From an uncultured Gammaproteobacteria bacterium (GTDB taxonomy: Bacteria; Pseudomonadota; Gammaproteobacteria; JAURND01): 64,000 nucleotides of DNA. Position 1 is the first letter of the stretch; each line of letters begins with the position of its first letter. A model generated the notes under the pieces. The model did not search any database, had not been told where the DNA came from, and worked only from the letters and a program-made list of their open reading frames with translations. Below are positions 18,812 to 28,914 of the stretch, one piece after another. Where the stretch lies: contig CAVQQD010000003.1 in assembly GCA_963714975.1 (NCBI GenBank), positions 640,001-704,000 of the forward strand, in the 5' to 3' direction. The position numbers and the translations under genes are program-made.

Positions 18812-20074
18812 GTGAACTCCATGATAAATCGCTCCTTTTTAAGCAAGTTTTTGGCATTATTGGGTGGTTCTGTAATTGCGCAACTAATACCTGTGTTGGC
18901 TTCTCCTTTATTGACACGATTCTATAATCCTGAGCAGTTTGGCCAATTTGGTATGTTTATGGCCGTTTTTGCTGTTTTGTCCGTAGCAGCGACGGCGCGA
19001 TATGAGTTAGCTATTCCGTTACCACGTAGTCGTGTATTAGCGGCACAGTTAGTTTACTTAGCATTTTTGGCCGCCTTGATTGTCGCGTTGTTGATTTTTA
19101 TCGGCACGTTTGCTTATAGAATAATAAGTGCTCATTTCCTGGGTATCTATTGGCTGTTTGCTCCGTTATTGCTTTTTTTTGGCATTTACCAGGCAACGAT
19201 TTATTGGCACAACCGCAATGATCGTTTTAAATTAATAGCCGAGAGCCGATTGGTACAAAATGGTGGGATGACGGTAGGGCAACTGTTTTTGGGGCAACTG
19301 ACTTCTTTTGGCTTGGAGCTAGGGTTTGTCTTTGGCGTCATCATGGCTGCAACTTATTCTTGTTTGCGATCTTCTATTTTTAAAGCGTATTCTTGGAATC
19401 GAGCTAAAACACGGATTTTGGCTCGGCAATATAACATGCTGCCAAAATATAATTTAATTCCAGCGATGTTGGATGCCTTGGCCCATCAAATACCCCTGTT
19501 GGTAATTTTTTGGTATTACAGCTCTGAGCAAGCAGGCCATTATTTTTTAGCAGCAAAGATTTTGACTGTGCCTACTACTTTTTTGGTGGGCATTATGGCT
19601 CAAGTGTACTTAAATGAAATGAGCGTCTTGTGTCGAAACTCAAAATTAGAAATTGTGCATTACGTCAAAAGTAAGGCAAGGCTTTGCTTTTACGTGGCAC
19701 TACCAAGTTGCTTGCTCTTTTCGTTCTTAGCTCCTACTTTCTTCCCGGTTATTTTTGGCAAAGGCTGGGAGTTGGCAGGGGAATTATCGCGCTTTTTAGT
19801 TTTTTCGGCGGCAATACGCTTTATCGTTGCTCCTTTAAGCAGTTATTTCATTGCTGCCAAACAAATGAAACTTGCCTCTCTCTGGCAAGTGTTAAGTTTT
19901 GCCTCAGTGAGTATAGTGTCTTTTGTATTTGTTGGAGCAAGGCTTGAGCTGCTGGTCATTGCTTACGTTGTTAGTGATATTTTAATCTATACAGTTTATT
20001 ATTTGTTAATTCTTTATAGTATGTTTAAGTTAGTTAAGCCTAATTTAAGAGAGCGTGGTTCATGTGCGGAATAG
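18812..20074 (+). CDS. O-antigen flippase (Wzx-like)
   Basis: PLLTRFYNPEQFG, ARYELAI, multi-TM. Confidence 0.85.
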   Translation: MNSMINRSFLSKFLALLGGSVIAQLIPVLASPLLTRFYNPEQFGQFGMFMAVFAVLSVAATARYELAIPLPRSRVLAAQLVYLAFLAALIVALLIFIGTFAYRIISAHFLGIYWLFAPLLLFFGIYQATIYWHNRNDRFKLIAESRLVQNGGMTVGQLFLGQLTSFGLELGFVFGVIMAATYSCLRSSIFKAYSWNRAKTRILARQYNMLPKYNLIPAMLDALAHQIPLLVIFWYYSSEQAGHYFLAAKILTVPTTFLVGIMAQVYLNEMSVLCRNSKLEIVHYVKSKARLCFYVALPSCLLFSFLAPTFFPVIFGKGWELAGELSRFLVFSAAIRFIVAPLSSYFIAAKQMKLASLWQVLSFASVSIVSFVFVGARLELLVIAYVVSDILIYTVYYLLILYSMFKLVKPNLRERGSCAE

Positions 20075-21948
20075 CCGGTATAGTTAATTTTAAATCTGCC
20101 CCAGATTTTCAAGCATTAGAATGCATGTTAGCTATTATTACTCATCGTGGTCCTGATGGAGCGGGTTCTTTTATCGAAGGCCCCCTTGCATTAGGGCATT
20201 GTCGTTTGGCGATTATTGACCGTAGTGAGGCAGGGACGCAGCCGATGGAATATTTAAATCGATATGTCATTACCTATAATGGAGAAATATATAATTATTT
20301 GGAGCTACGCCAGGAGCTTAGAGAGAAAGGATATCAATTTAAAAGTGGGACTGACACAGAAGTAATTTTGGCTGCCTATGATTTTTGGGGCGAGGAATGT
20401 CTGCATCATTTCAACGGTATGTTTGCTTTTGCTCTTTATGACAGGGAAAAGCAAACGCTTTTTTTAGCACGTGATCGTTTCGGGGTAAAACCGCTTTATT
20501 ATTTTATTGGACCGGATGGCGCTTTCTATTTTGCTTCTGAAATTAAGCAATTTACTGTGATTGCTGGCTGGAGTGCGAGCTTAAATCGCCAGCGCGCCTA
20601 TGATTATTTAAATTGGGGCATTACCGATCACACAACTCAAACCATGTTTGCTGCGGTTTTCCAATTACGTGGTGGAGAAAGTTTACGCTTAGATCTGCAA
20701 GCCGCTGTTTTGCCAATAGACAATATGGGGCAACTACCGCAAGAAACTTGGTATGAACTAAAAGATTCGTTAATAGCAGATGACGATTGTGTGCGCCAGT
20801 TTCGAAATTTATTTGAAGATTCCGTACGCTTGCGATTGCGTGCCGACGTTCCCGTTGGTTCATGCCTATCCGGAGGCTTGGATTCTTCGAGTATTGTATG
20901 TATGACTAATAAAATCTTAACAGAACAAGGTAATAGTGCTAACCAAAAAACTTTTTCAGCTTGCACCACCGTAAAAGAGCTGGATGAGAAAGAATACATG
21001 GATGAGGTGGTCCAAAAAACCTTAGTGGATTTTCATTATGTGTATCCCCAATGTTCAGATTTGCTAGATCATTTAGAGGATCTAGTATGGCATCAAGATG
21101 AACCCTTTGGTTCTACCAGTATTTATGCGCAATGGTCGGTATTTCAATTGGCAAAGCAACAGGGTGTGACCGTCATGCTCGATGGACAGGGTGCGGATGA
21201 GCAATTGGCGGGATATCATGGCTTTTTTTCCCAGCGCTACTCTTCATTGTTTCGGCAACGAAAGTTTATTACCCTGTTCCGAGAATTTAATGCGGCGCAA
21301 AGAAATCATGGTCATAGCTTTTATCGTTCTTTTCAATATCTATTTAATGCTATTTTGCCAGAGAGAATTAAAAATTATGCTAGAAAATGGCTTGGTAAAG
21401 ATTCCTTGGTAGCTATTTGGCTGGATTTATCTCGTTTAGGGGTGGTGGCATCGGTCCCACTGCCAAGCGAAAAACTTGATTCTATTGCTGACTTTTCTAA
21501 GGCACAATTAACTGCAACTCACTTACCTATGCTATTACATTGGGAAGATCGTAACTCGATGGCGCATTCTATTGAAGCTCGCGTCCCATTTTTGGATTAT
21601 AGATTGGTAGAGTTCATTTATTCTTTACCAGATGAAAGGAAATTATCTCAAGGTGTTACCAAGCGTATATTGCGTGAAGCCATGCAACAGGTGCTACCCG
21701 AAAAAATTCGGATGCGTATGGACAAAAAAGGATTTTTAACACCTGAACTCCTATGGTTCAAGCAACATCCTGATTTATTTAACAAGCAATTGGATAACGC
21801 TATTCACTTGAGCAAGGGCATTATCAAACCATCGGCAGCTAAGCAATTATTTAATGCGGTGGTTTCAGGTAAACAACGGGATACTTATGCAGTATGGAGA
21901 ATGATTTGTTTCGGGGTATGGATACGTAAATTTAATGTCAAAATATAA
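20062..21948 (+). CDS. asnB: Asparagine-synthase-like glutamine amidotransferase, probably amidating a sugar uronate
   Basis: MCGIAG, HRGPD, NGEIYN, LSGGLDSS, DGQGADE; LPS cluster context. Confidence 0.9.
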   Translation: MCGIAGIVNFKSAPDFQALECMLAIITHRGPDGAGSFIEGPLALGHCRLAIIDRSEAGTQPMEYLNRYVITYNGEIYNYLELRQELREKGYQFKSGTDTEVILAAYDFWGEECLHHFNGMFAFALYDREKQTLFLARDRFGVKPLYYFIGPDGAFYFASEIKQFTVIAGWSASLNRQRAYDYLNWGITDHTTQTMFAAVFQLRGGESLRLDLQAAVLPIDNMGQLPQETWYELKDSLIADDDCVRQFRNLFEDSVRLRLRADVPVGSCLSGGLDSSSIVCMTNKILTEQGNSANQKTFSACTTVKELDEKEYMDEVVQKTLVDFHYVYPQCSDLLDHLEDLVWHQDEPFGSTSIYAQWSVFQLAKQQGVTVMLDGQGADEQLAGYHGFFSQRYSSLFRQRKFITLFREFNAAQRNHGHSFYRSFQYLFNAILPERIKNYARKWLGKDSLVAIWLDLSRLGVVASVPLPSEKLDSIADFSKAQLTATHLPMLLHWEDRNSMAHSIEARVPFLDYRLVEFIYSLPDERKLSQGVTKRILREAMQQVLPEKIRMRMDKKGFLTPELLWFKQHPDLFNKQLDNAIHLSKGIIKPSAAKQLFNAVVSGKQRDTYAVWRMICFGVWIRKFNVKI

Positions 21949-21953
21949 CACTT

Positions 21954-23237
21954 ATGAATATTATTTTTATTGTACATTATTTTCCTCCTTTAAATAGCAC
22001 CGGTGCGCGACGAGTCTTGGCGTTTGCTAAGTATTTGCATCGTTTTGGACATAAAGTTAGCGTTATTTCCGCGACTAAAACTGCAAAAGATGGCTTGTTA
22101 AGCGAGGTACCGCCGGACTATTGTAATTTATTGGAGATGTCGTGGTTTAGGCTTAAGCCCACTAAGGTGGCAGAAAATCTAACCACTGTGGGTAATCAAA
22201 GTGGTAATCGTTCCAAATTAGGTATAGTTTTAGTCAAGCTAAAAAGATGGCTAATGAAATATTTTGGCCAATTAGCAGATCACCGGCTATTATTTGCGGC
22301 CTATTTTCTTAGTCCAACTTTACCTCCCCAGGTTAAAGAAGCTTTATCTGCTGCCGATGTGATTATATCTTCTTGCCCTCCTTGGACTGTGCATGTGGCT
22401 GGGCTGATTTGTGCACGCCGTTTTGCTAAGCCGTGGATTGCTGATTATCGTGATCAATTTAGTGGCAACCATGTATTTCCAGGAAATCGCTTTACAGACA
22501 AAGTAGAGTTGTTGATAGAAAAATATATGCTAAAAAGAGCTAAGGCGGTGATTGTAATTTCGTCCCCTATGCAGGAATATTACTTGAGGTTTAATAAAAA
22601 AACATTTTGTGTTGAGAATGGATATGATGAAGAATTATTTTTTCATAAACCAAAAATTACTGCCAATGTTTCGACCAAGTATATTAGATTTTTAGGGACA
22701 GTGAGTCCTAGAAGTGTGCCTGATATATTTTTTATGGCTTTATCTAAATTGGATAAAACCATAAGAGAACAAATAATTGTGGAATTTTACGGTGAATCAG
22801 GTCTTGTACAAAAATTGTTATCTAGTCAGTTTTCTGATTTAATAGCAAACGTTAGGTTTTATCCGATTGTCTCTTACCAAGTATCGATTGATCTTATGTT
22901 AACTGCTGATGCTTTACTTTTTAAGGAAACCTCTTCTCAGTGTTCTCATAGTGCTAAAGGGGTATTAACAACCAAATTATTTGAATATTTAGGAGCTCAA
23001 AAACCTATTTTTGCTGAAATTGATTCGCATACGCTTGCTGGGACTATATTAACTAATAGTGGGTTGTGTTGTGTTTGTACTGTAGATGAACAAGAAATAT
23101 ATTCTAGTATCGTACAATGGGTTAGTGGTAAAAAAGTTGTTACACCCCGTGTAGAATATATTTCTCAGTATTCTAGGGAAAGACAAACAAAAAAATTGGA
23201 AGACATTGCTATTAATGTTATTAATAACTTAGGGTAA
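21954..23237 (+). CDS. Glycosyltransferase (GT4-like)
   Basis: YFPP..TGARR, PWIADYRD, NGYDE, TKLFEYL. Confidence 0.8.
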   Translation: MNIIFIVHYFPPLNSTGARRVLAFAKYLHRFGHKVSVISATKTAKDGLLSEVPPDYCNLLEMSWFRLKPTKVAENLTTVGNQSGNRSKLGIVLVKLKRWLMKYFGQLADHRLLFAAYFLSPTLPPQVKEALSAADVIISSCPPWTVHVAGLICARRFAKPWIADYRDQFSGNHVFPGNRFTDKVELLIEKYMLKRAKAVIVISSPMQEYYLRFNKKTFCVENGYDEELFFHKPKITANVSTKYIRFLGTVSPRSVPDIFFMALSKLDKTIREQIIVEFYGESGLVQKLLSSQFSDLIANVRFYPIVSYQVSIDLMLTADALLFKETSSQCSHSAKGVLTTKLFEYLGAQKPIFAEIDSHTLAGTILTNSGLCCVCTVDEQEIYSSIVQWVSGKKVVTPRVEYISQYSRERQTKKLEDIAINVINNLG

Positions 23238-23304
23238 CTACTTGCTCCGTCATCCCGCTCCCGCGATCAAGTCGTGGGAGCAGGACGACGGGACGAGTAG
23301 TTAC
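23234..23304. mobile_element. 71-bp MITE with GTAACTA/TAGTTAC ends and 8-bp target duplication
   Basis: AACTTAGG at 23226-23233 and 23305-23312; the whole element is an imperfect palindrome containing CGTCATCC. Confidence 0.85.
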
Positions 23305-23322
23305 AACTTAGGATAAATTATT

Positions 23323-24792
23323 ATGGAAAAATTCTATAAATTGTTATATTGGTTTTTTAATTATGAAAAACTTGGTCGATTTCCATTGGTAATGATGTTG
23401 TGTATTTATTTGTTGCCGGCTTTGATGGGAATGGTGTTATTTAATGACCATTACGCGCGGTCTTTTTTGTTGATGTTGATTCTGAGTTGTGCAGTTTATG
23501 CGGTTTCTTATTATTGGATACTGCAAGCGAAAATATTTGGAAAATTTAGTCCTAAATTTAATTGGAATAGAAATATCAATATCAATCAACTCATATTGGC
23601 CATATTTGGTGGGTATATTATTTTCTTCTTGTATGTGATTTTTACTGCTCCTCATATAGCTATTGTTGAAAGTTTAAGAGGAATGGATGGTTATAAAATA
23701 GCTATTGCGCGGGAAGAGTTTTTAAAGGCTAGAACGGGAGGGGAGAGGGTATTAGTATATATTAATGCTATTTTTACCTCAGCACTTATGCCTTATTTAC
23801 TCGCTTTATTATATATAGTAAAGCATAGATTTCGGCATCTCATCTTAGGAATTTTCATCCTAGCACTCACGGCTTCTTTGGAGAAAGTGCTTGTGTTGAA
23901 GGCGCTGTTGCCGTTATTAGTATTAGCGGTGAATGATAGATTTCTTAAAAAAAAATATGCGCCAGTTATACTGTGTCTGATATTTGGAGTTATCCTGTCA
24001 ACTAGTTTTCTTGCCAATATTAGACCAGCGCACAATAGTGTTTTGGTAAAAATACAAGAAGTTTCAAAAAATGAGGCCAAGCTAATTGCTTCACAGAAAG
24101 GTGTTTATCGCCCTTCGGATCTCCAGCTAACTGACTTAAAGGTAAATAATCAAATAGGTATGAAAAATGATTTTGTAGTTGTTAGCTCTAAACAAGATTT
24201 TCTTGGATTTTTTGAAAACAAAATAGTTGTTTTGGAAAATTATTATAAAAATATTCAGGATGCCATAAAAGAAAATCCTCGATTTTTGTTTGGTGCAAAT
24301 ACACTTTCCTATTTACTTAATCGAGCATTATGGATTCCTTATATAACAGCTTACGATTGGTTAGGTTATTTTGATAAAAAAAGGAACCATGAATACTTTT
24401 TAGGAAGCACCAATGGTACTATTAGTGCTTTGTTCGGATTGAAGCGGGTTTATGCAGAACGAGAAGTCTTTAGTTATCAATATGGTCAAGTTCCTGATGG
24501 TACAGGTGTTGCAAATGCAATATTTTTTATAGAAGGGTATGTGAATTTTTCTTGGATGGGTATAATTTTTTATTCATTTCTGTTGGCTTTAATTACGCAT
24601 ATCTTTGTTAAGACGAATGATTGTGCTGCAAAATCGGTTTATTTTTATTTTATTTATATGATTTCAGTGGGACCTTTATCTTCAGTTTTACTCAGTAATG
24701 GGTTGATTCTACTTATTTTTATAGTTACTTTGAAGAAGAGTGATCATTATGATAGACAAGTTTCCTATATTCCTGAGGAAGTGGGTTCATGA
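23323..24792 (+). CDS. Multi-TM protein, probable O-antigen polymerase (Wzy)
   Basis: AT-rich, about 10 hydrophobic segments with a large loop, cluster context. Confidence 0.6.
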   Translation: MEKFYKLLYWFFNYEKLGRFPLVMMLCIYLLPALMGMVLFNDHYARSFLLMLILSCAVYAVSYYWILQAKIFGKFSPKFNWNRNININQLILAIFGGYIIFFLYVIFTAPHIAIVESLRGMDGYKIAIAREEFLKARTGGERVLVYINAIFTSALMPYLLALLYIVKHRFRHLILGIFILALTASLEKVLVLKALLPLLVLAVNDRFLKKKYAPVILCLIFGVILSTSFLANIRPAHNSVLVKIQEVSKNEAKLIASQKGVYRPSDLQLTDLKVNNQIGMKNDFVVVSSKQDFLGFFENKIVVLENYYKNIQDAIKENPRFLFGANTLSYLLNRALWIPYITAYDWLGYFDKKRNHEYFLGSTNGTISALFGLKRVYAEREVFSYQYGQVPDGTGVANAIFFIEGYVNFSWMGIIFYSFLLALITHIFVKTNDCAAKSVYFYFIYMISVGPLSSVLLSNGLILLIFIVTLKKSDHYDRQVSYIPEEVGS

Positions 24793-24822
24793 CTTGAGCT
24801 ATAAGAAACAAGGGAGGGAAAA

Positions 24823-25689
24823 ATGCGTTTGTTAATATTAGGCGGTGACGGAATGTTGGGTCACCAACTTTTGCTGACTTTAAGGCAGAAACATGAAGTA
24901 AAGGTCAGCTTGCGGCAAAGTTTCGATCAATATCAACAGTATGGCTTATTTAATGAGATCAATAGCTATCCGGGGATTGATGTGCGTGGGATAGAAGATG
25001 TGACGCAAATCATTGCGAATTTTAAGCCGGAAGCTGTGATTAATTGTGTTGGGATTGTAAAGCAGCGTAAGTCTGCTAAAGAAGCAATTCCAAGTTTAGA
25101 GATTAATTCTTTGTTTCCACATCGATTAGCTTTAATTTGTAAAGCGGCCAATGCACGTTTAGTGCATATAAGCACTGATTGTGTTTTCTCTGGAAAAAAA
25201 GGCAGCTATACCGAGGAGGATGTATCCGATGCAGAAGATTTGTATGGTAAGTCTAAATATCTAGGAGAGTTGCATGATGCTCATTGCATAACCATCCGTT
25301 CCTCGATAATCGGCTTGGAATTGTCGCGTAATGCAGGATTGATTGAATGGTTTTTAGCGCAAAGGAGTAGGATTAAAGGATTTAAACGAGCGATTTACTC
25401 TGGTTTAACCACTTTGGAAATGAGTCGGGTGATTGGTAAAATACTGGAGAAGCACCCTGATTTATCTGGAGTATGGCAGATATCTTCTGACCCAATCAAT
25501 AAGTATGATTTATTATCTATACTTGCTAGCCTGCTGGGACGAACCGATATACAAATTGAGCCCGATGAAGAATTTGTGCGTGATATGAGTCTACACAGTG
25601 AACGTTTTAAATCAGCAGCGCACTACCAACCTCCATCGTGGCAGGAAATGTTGGAAGAATTAGCAGAGCAAATAAAGATCCGGAGATAA
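24823..25689 (+). CDS. RmlD-like SDR sugar-nucleotide C4 reductase
   Basis: GGDGMLG, HISTDCVFSG, YGKSKYLGE. Confidence 0.85.
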   Translation: MRLLILGGDGMLGHQLLLTLRQKHEVKVSLRQSFDQYQQYGLFNEINSYPGIDVRGIEDVTQIIANFKPEAVINCVGIVKQRKSAKEAIPSLEINSLFPHRLALICKAANARLVHISTDCVFSGKKGSYTEEDVSDAEDLYGKSKYLGELHDAHCITIRSSIIGLELSRNAGLIEWFLAQRSRIKGFKRAIYSGLTTLEMSRVIGKILEKHPDLSGVWQISSDPINKYDLLSILASLLGRTDIQIEPDEEFVRDMSLHSERFKSAAHYQPPSWQEMLEELAEQIKIRR

Positions 25690-25691
25690 AA

Positions 25692-26762
25692 ATGGCCTTA
25701 TTCGACAATAAACGGGTTTTAGTGACGGGTGGTACAGGTTCTTTAGGAAAAATTTTAGTGCGTCGCATTTTGTCAGGAGAATTGGGCACTCCACAACGGG
25801 TGATAGTTTTTTCACGTGATGAAGGTAAGCAACATGCCATGCGAATGGCTTACTTACATAAGACTATCGCTACTGACGAAGTGATTTACAATAATTTTGT
25901 CAATATCTTGCAATTTCGCATTGGCGATGTCAGAGATTATGCTGACGTTTGCAGTGCATTACGAGATGCTGATATCGTGATTAATGCAGCAGCTTTAAAG
26001 CAAGTTCCTACCTGTGAATATTTTCCAGAGCAAGCGATATTAACAAATTGCCTGGGCGCGATGAATATTGTACGTGCCTTGCGCGAAAATTTTTACGAAG
26101 TTGAAACAGTGGTGGGAGTTAGCACTGATAAGGCGGCCAAACCTGTCAATGTGATGGGAATGACAAAAGCAATTCAGGAACGAATTTTTACCTCAGCGAA
26201 TGTATTAAACAAAAAAACTCGTTTTGTGTGTGTGCGTTATGGCAACGTATTGGCTTCACGTGGTTCCGTGATTCCATTATTTCATGATCAAATTAAAAAT
26301 GGTGGTCCCGTGACCCTAACTCATCCTGAAATGACGCGTTTTTTATTGAGTATTGATGAGGCGGTAGATATTGTTTTTGCAGCTTTAATAGAGGCAAAAT
26401 TTGGCGAAATATTTGTGCCTAGAGCTCCTGCTGCGAATGTGTTAAATATTGCTAAAACCTTAATTGGAGGGCGGGATATTCCAATAAAAATAGTTGGGGT
26501 ACGCCCAGGGGAGAAAATGCATGAAATTATGATTTCTGAGGAAGAAATCCATCACACGGTGCAAAGAGGCGAATATTACATCATTAGCTCCATGTTACCT
26601 GAGTTACGAGATAATTTTGATAAACCGCATTTAATATTAAATAAAGAATATAGCTCAGAGGATCATGTTGTTTCGTACTTGGAAACATTAGAATTATTAA
26701 CAAGGCACAATTTATTGTTAGGGTTGGAACAATTAAGCGAAAACGAAGAGCTTTTAGTCTAG
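25692..26762 (+). CDS. UDP-GlcNAc 4,6-dehydratase (FnlA/WbjB/CapE-like)
   Basis: TGGTGSLG, AALKQVP.CE, STDKA..PVN.MG.TK, RYGNVLASRGSVIP. Confidence 0.88.
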   Translation: MALFDNKRVLVTGGTGSLGKILVRRILSGELGTPQRVIVFSRDEGKQHAMRMAYLHKTIATDEVIYNNFVNILQFRIGDVRDYADVCSALRDADIVINAAALKQVPTCEYFPEQAILTNCLGAMNIVRALRENFYEVETVVGVSTDKAAKPVNVMGMTKAIQERIFTSANVLNKKTRFVCVRYGNVLASRGSVIPLFHDQIKNGGPVTLTHPEMTRFLLSIDEAVDIVFAALIEAKFGEIFVPRAPAANVLNIAKTLIGGRDIPIKIVGVRPGEKMHEIMISEEEIHHTVQRGEYYIISSMLPELRDNFDKPHLILNKEYSSEDHVVSYLETLELLTRHNLLLGLEQLSENEELLV

Positions 26763-27976
26763 TGAAAATATTAATTATATCCCAGCATTTTTGGCCTGAG
26801 AATTTTCCAATTAATAGTTTGGTTAAGGCTTTGGTAAATAGAGGTCATCAAGTCACCGTATTAACAGGAATGCCAAATTATCCGGGAGGAAAATTGTATA
26901 AAAATTATCAACGTTTTCTTCCTTGCCGAGAAAGCTATTATGGCGCCGAAATTACCCGTGTCCCGGTAATTCCTCGAGGTAAGGGGAGTTCTATAAGATT
27001 ATCTTTGAATTACCTTTCTTTTGTGGCATTTGCTAGCTTATTTGCTCCATTGCTATGTAAAAATAATTCCGAGGTAATTTTCGTTTATGCACCTTCTCCT
27101 ATTGTCCAGGCAATTCCTGCTATTTTTTTGCGCTGGTTGAGAAAGATACCGGCTTGTTTATGGGTACAAGATCTCTGGCCGGAAAGTTTATCAGCCACTA
27201 AAAAAATAAAATCCCAATATTTTATTGGCTTAGTCGATAAGTTAGTGTCTTGTATTTATCGACATATGGATGTCAACTTTATCCAATCTCGGGCCTTTTA
27301 TCCCTATATAAAGCGCTATGGTATTGCTGACGATAAAATTCAGTATTTACCTAATACTACCGATGATTTTTATCGGCCATTATGTATGTTGGGGGAACCT
27401 GCGTCTTCTTTGCCGCAAGGATTTCGAATTCTTTTTGCTGGAAATATTGGGAGTGCGCAGGCAATCTCTACAATCCTAGATACCGTTGAAAAACTTAAAA
27501 ATTATTCGGATATCAAATGGATTTTTGCCGGTGATGGTAGTGAACGTGAATTTTTACAACAACAAATTATAGCTAAAGGATTGCAAGATTCTATAATATG
27601 GATAGGCGCTTACCCTGCTACAGAGATGCCTTATTTTTTCTCTGCTGTAGATGTTTTATTAGTATCATTAATTAAAAGTGAAATTTTTGCTCTTACTATA
27701 CCTTCTAAGGTTCAATCTTATTTGGCTTCCGGTAGACCGATTTTAGCTGCTTTAGACGGTGAGGGAGCACGCATTATAGAAGAAGCTAAAGCTGGATTGT
27801 CCGCTCCAGCGGAAGATCCCGAAAAGTTGGCGGTGGCTGTGCTCTCTTTACGTGCTATGTCGCGCGAAGAGCGTGAAAATTTAGGGCAAAATGGCTACAA
27901 CTATTTTCAAGAACATTTTTCGCAAAAAAAATTGATAGAGTCTGTAGAATTTTGGTTACAACGTTACTGTGAGTGA
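26762..27976 (+). CDS. GT4 glycosyltransferase (WbuB-like)
   Basis: SQHFWPE, TGMPNYP, WVQDLWPES, FAGNIG.AQ, PSKVQSY. Confidence 0.88.
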   Translation: MKILIISQHFWPENFPINSLVKALVNRGHQVTVLTGMPNYPGGKLYKNYQRFLPCRESYYGAEITRVPVIPRGKGSSIRLSLNYLSFVAFASLFAPLLCKNNSEVIFVYAPSPIVQAIPAIFLRWLRKIPACLWVQDLWPESLSATKKIKSQYFIGLVDKLVSCIYRHMDVNFIQSRAFYPYIKRYGIADDKIQYLPNTTDDFYRPLCMLGEPASSLPQGFRILFAGNIGSAQAISTILDTVEKLKNYSDIKWIFAGDGSEREFLQQQIIAKGLQDSIIWIGAYPATEMPYFFSAVDVLLVSLIKSEIFALTIPSKVQSYLASGRPILAALDGEGARIIEEAKAGLSAPAEDPEKLAVAVLSLRAMSREERENLGQNGYNYFQEHFSQKKLIESVEFWLQRYCE

Positions 27977-27979
27977 ATT

Positions 27980-28900
27980 ATGATGAAAAAATTAGTTACA
28001 GGAGCTAATGGTTTTATTGCGAAAGCGCTTTGTAAGCTTTTGTGTGAGCGAGGAGTTAATGTTAGAGGAACGGTAAGAGATCAGTCTCGTCCTTTGCTTA
28101 GCGGGGTGGAGCGTTATATAACTGGTAATATTAGTGGTGAGACGGATTGGGGTAATGCTTTAGCGGATGTTGATGTGGTATTTCATCTGGCCAGTACGGT
28201 ACATCGTCCTGATATCCAAGATTGCAGTATTTACCAGGTTGCAATTCCTGAAGCCACGATTAAGTTAGCCAGGCAAGCTGCTGAAAGGGGGGTGAAACAA
28301 TTTATATATTTAAGCACTTCGAAGGTGTATGGAGTTGAATCTTCTGCTGATTTAATTCAGGAGGCGCATGAGCAAAGACCAAATGCTCCTTATGGGGTGG
28401 CGAAATTGGCGGCAGAGCAGGCTTTACAGCAATTAGCTGAAAAATCAAATTTAGAAATTGTTATTGTACGCCCCCCGTTAGTTTATGGACCTGGAGTGCG
28501 CAGTAATTTTACTCTTTTAATGCAATTAGTGCAGAAATTGCCTGTGTTGCCTTTTGGCTGTGCTAATAATAAGCGCAGTTACGTTGGCGTAGATAATTTG
28601 ATTAATTTTTTGCTGCATTGCTCCGAGCATCCTAGAGCTGTAAATCAAATATTTAATATTTCTGACGACAACGATTTATGTACTAAGGAATTATGCCAAT
28701 TGATCGCGCATATATTTGACCGAAAAAGTTTTTTATTGCCAATTCCAGAAAAATTTATGTATGCTGTCTTGAAAACTATAGGCAAAAAATCATTTTATAA
28801 TAAATTATTTGAATCGGTTAGGTTGGATATTACTCAGGCAAAAAATCGATTAAATTGGGCGCCATTGTTAACGGTCGAACAGCAATTTCAAAGCTTATAA
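27980..28900 (+). CDS. NAD-dependent epimerase/dehydratase (WbpV/WbpK-like)
   Basis: TGANGFIA, YGVAK, RPPLVYGPGV. Confidence 0.85.
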   Translation: MMKKLVTGANGFIAKALCKLLCERGVNVRGTVRDQSRPLLSGVERYITGNISGETDWGNALADVDVVFHLASTVHRPDIQDCSIYQVAIPEATIKLARQAAERGVKQFIYLSTSKVYGVESSADLIQEAHEQRPNAPYGVAKLAAEQALQQLAEKSNLEIVIVRPPLVYGPGVRSNFTLLMQLVQKLPVLPFGCANNKRSYVGVDNLINFLLHCSEHPRAVNQIFNISDDNDLCTKELCQLIAHIFDRKSFLLPIPEKFMYAVLKTIGKKSFYNKLFESVRLDITQAKNRLNWAPLLTVEQQFQSL

Positions 28901-28914
28901 AATGTACTGATCCT

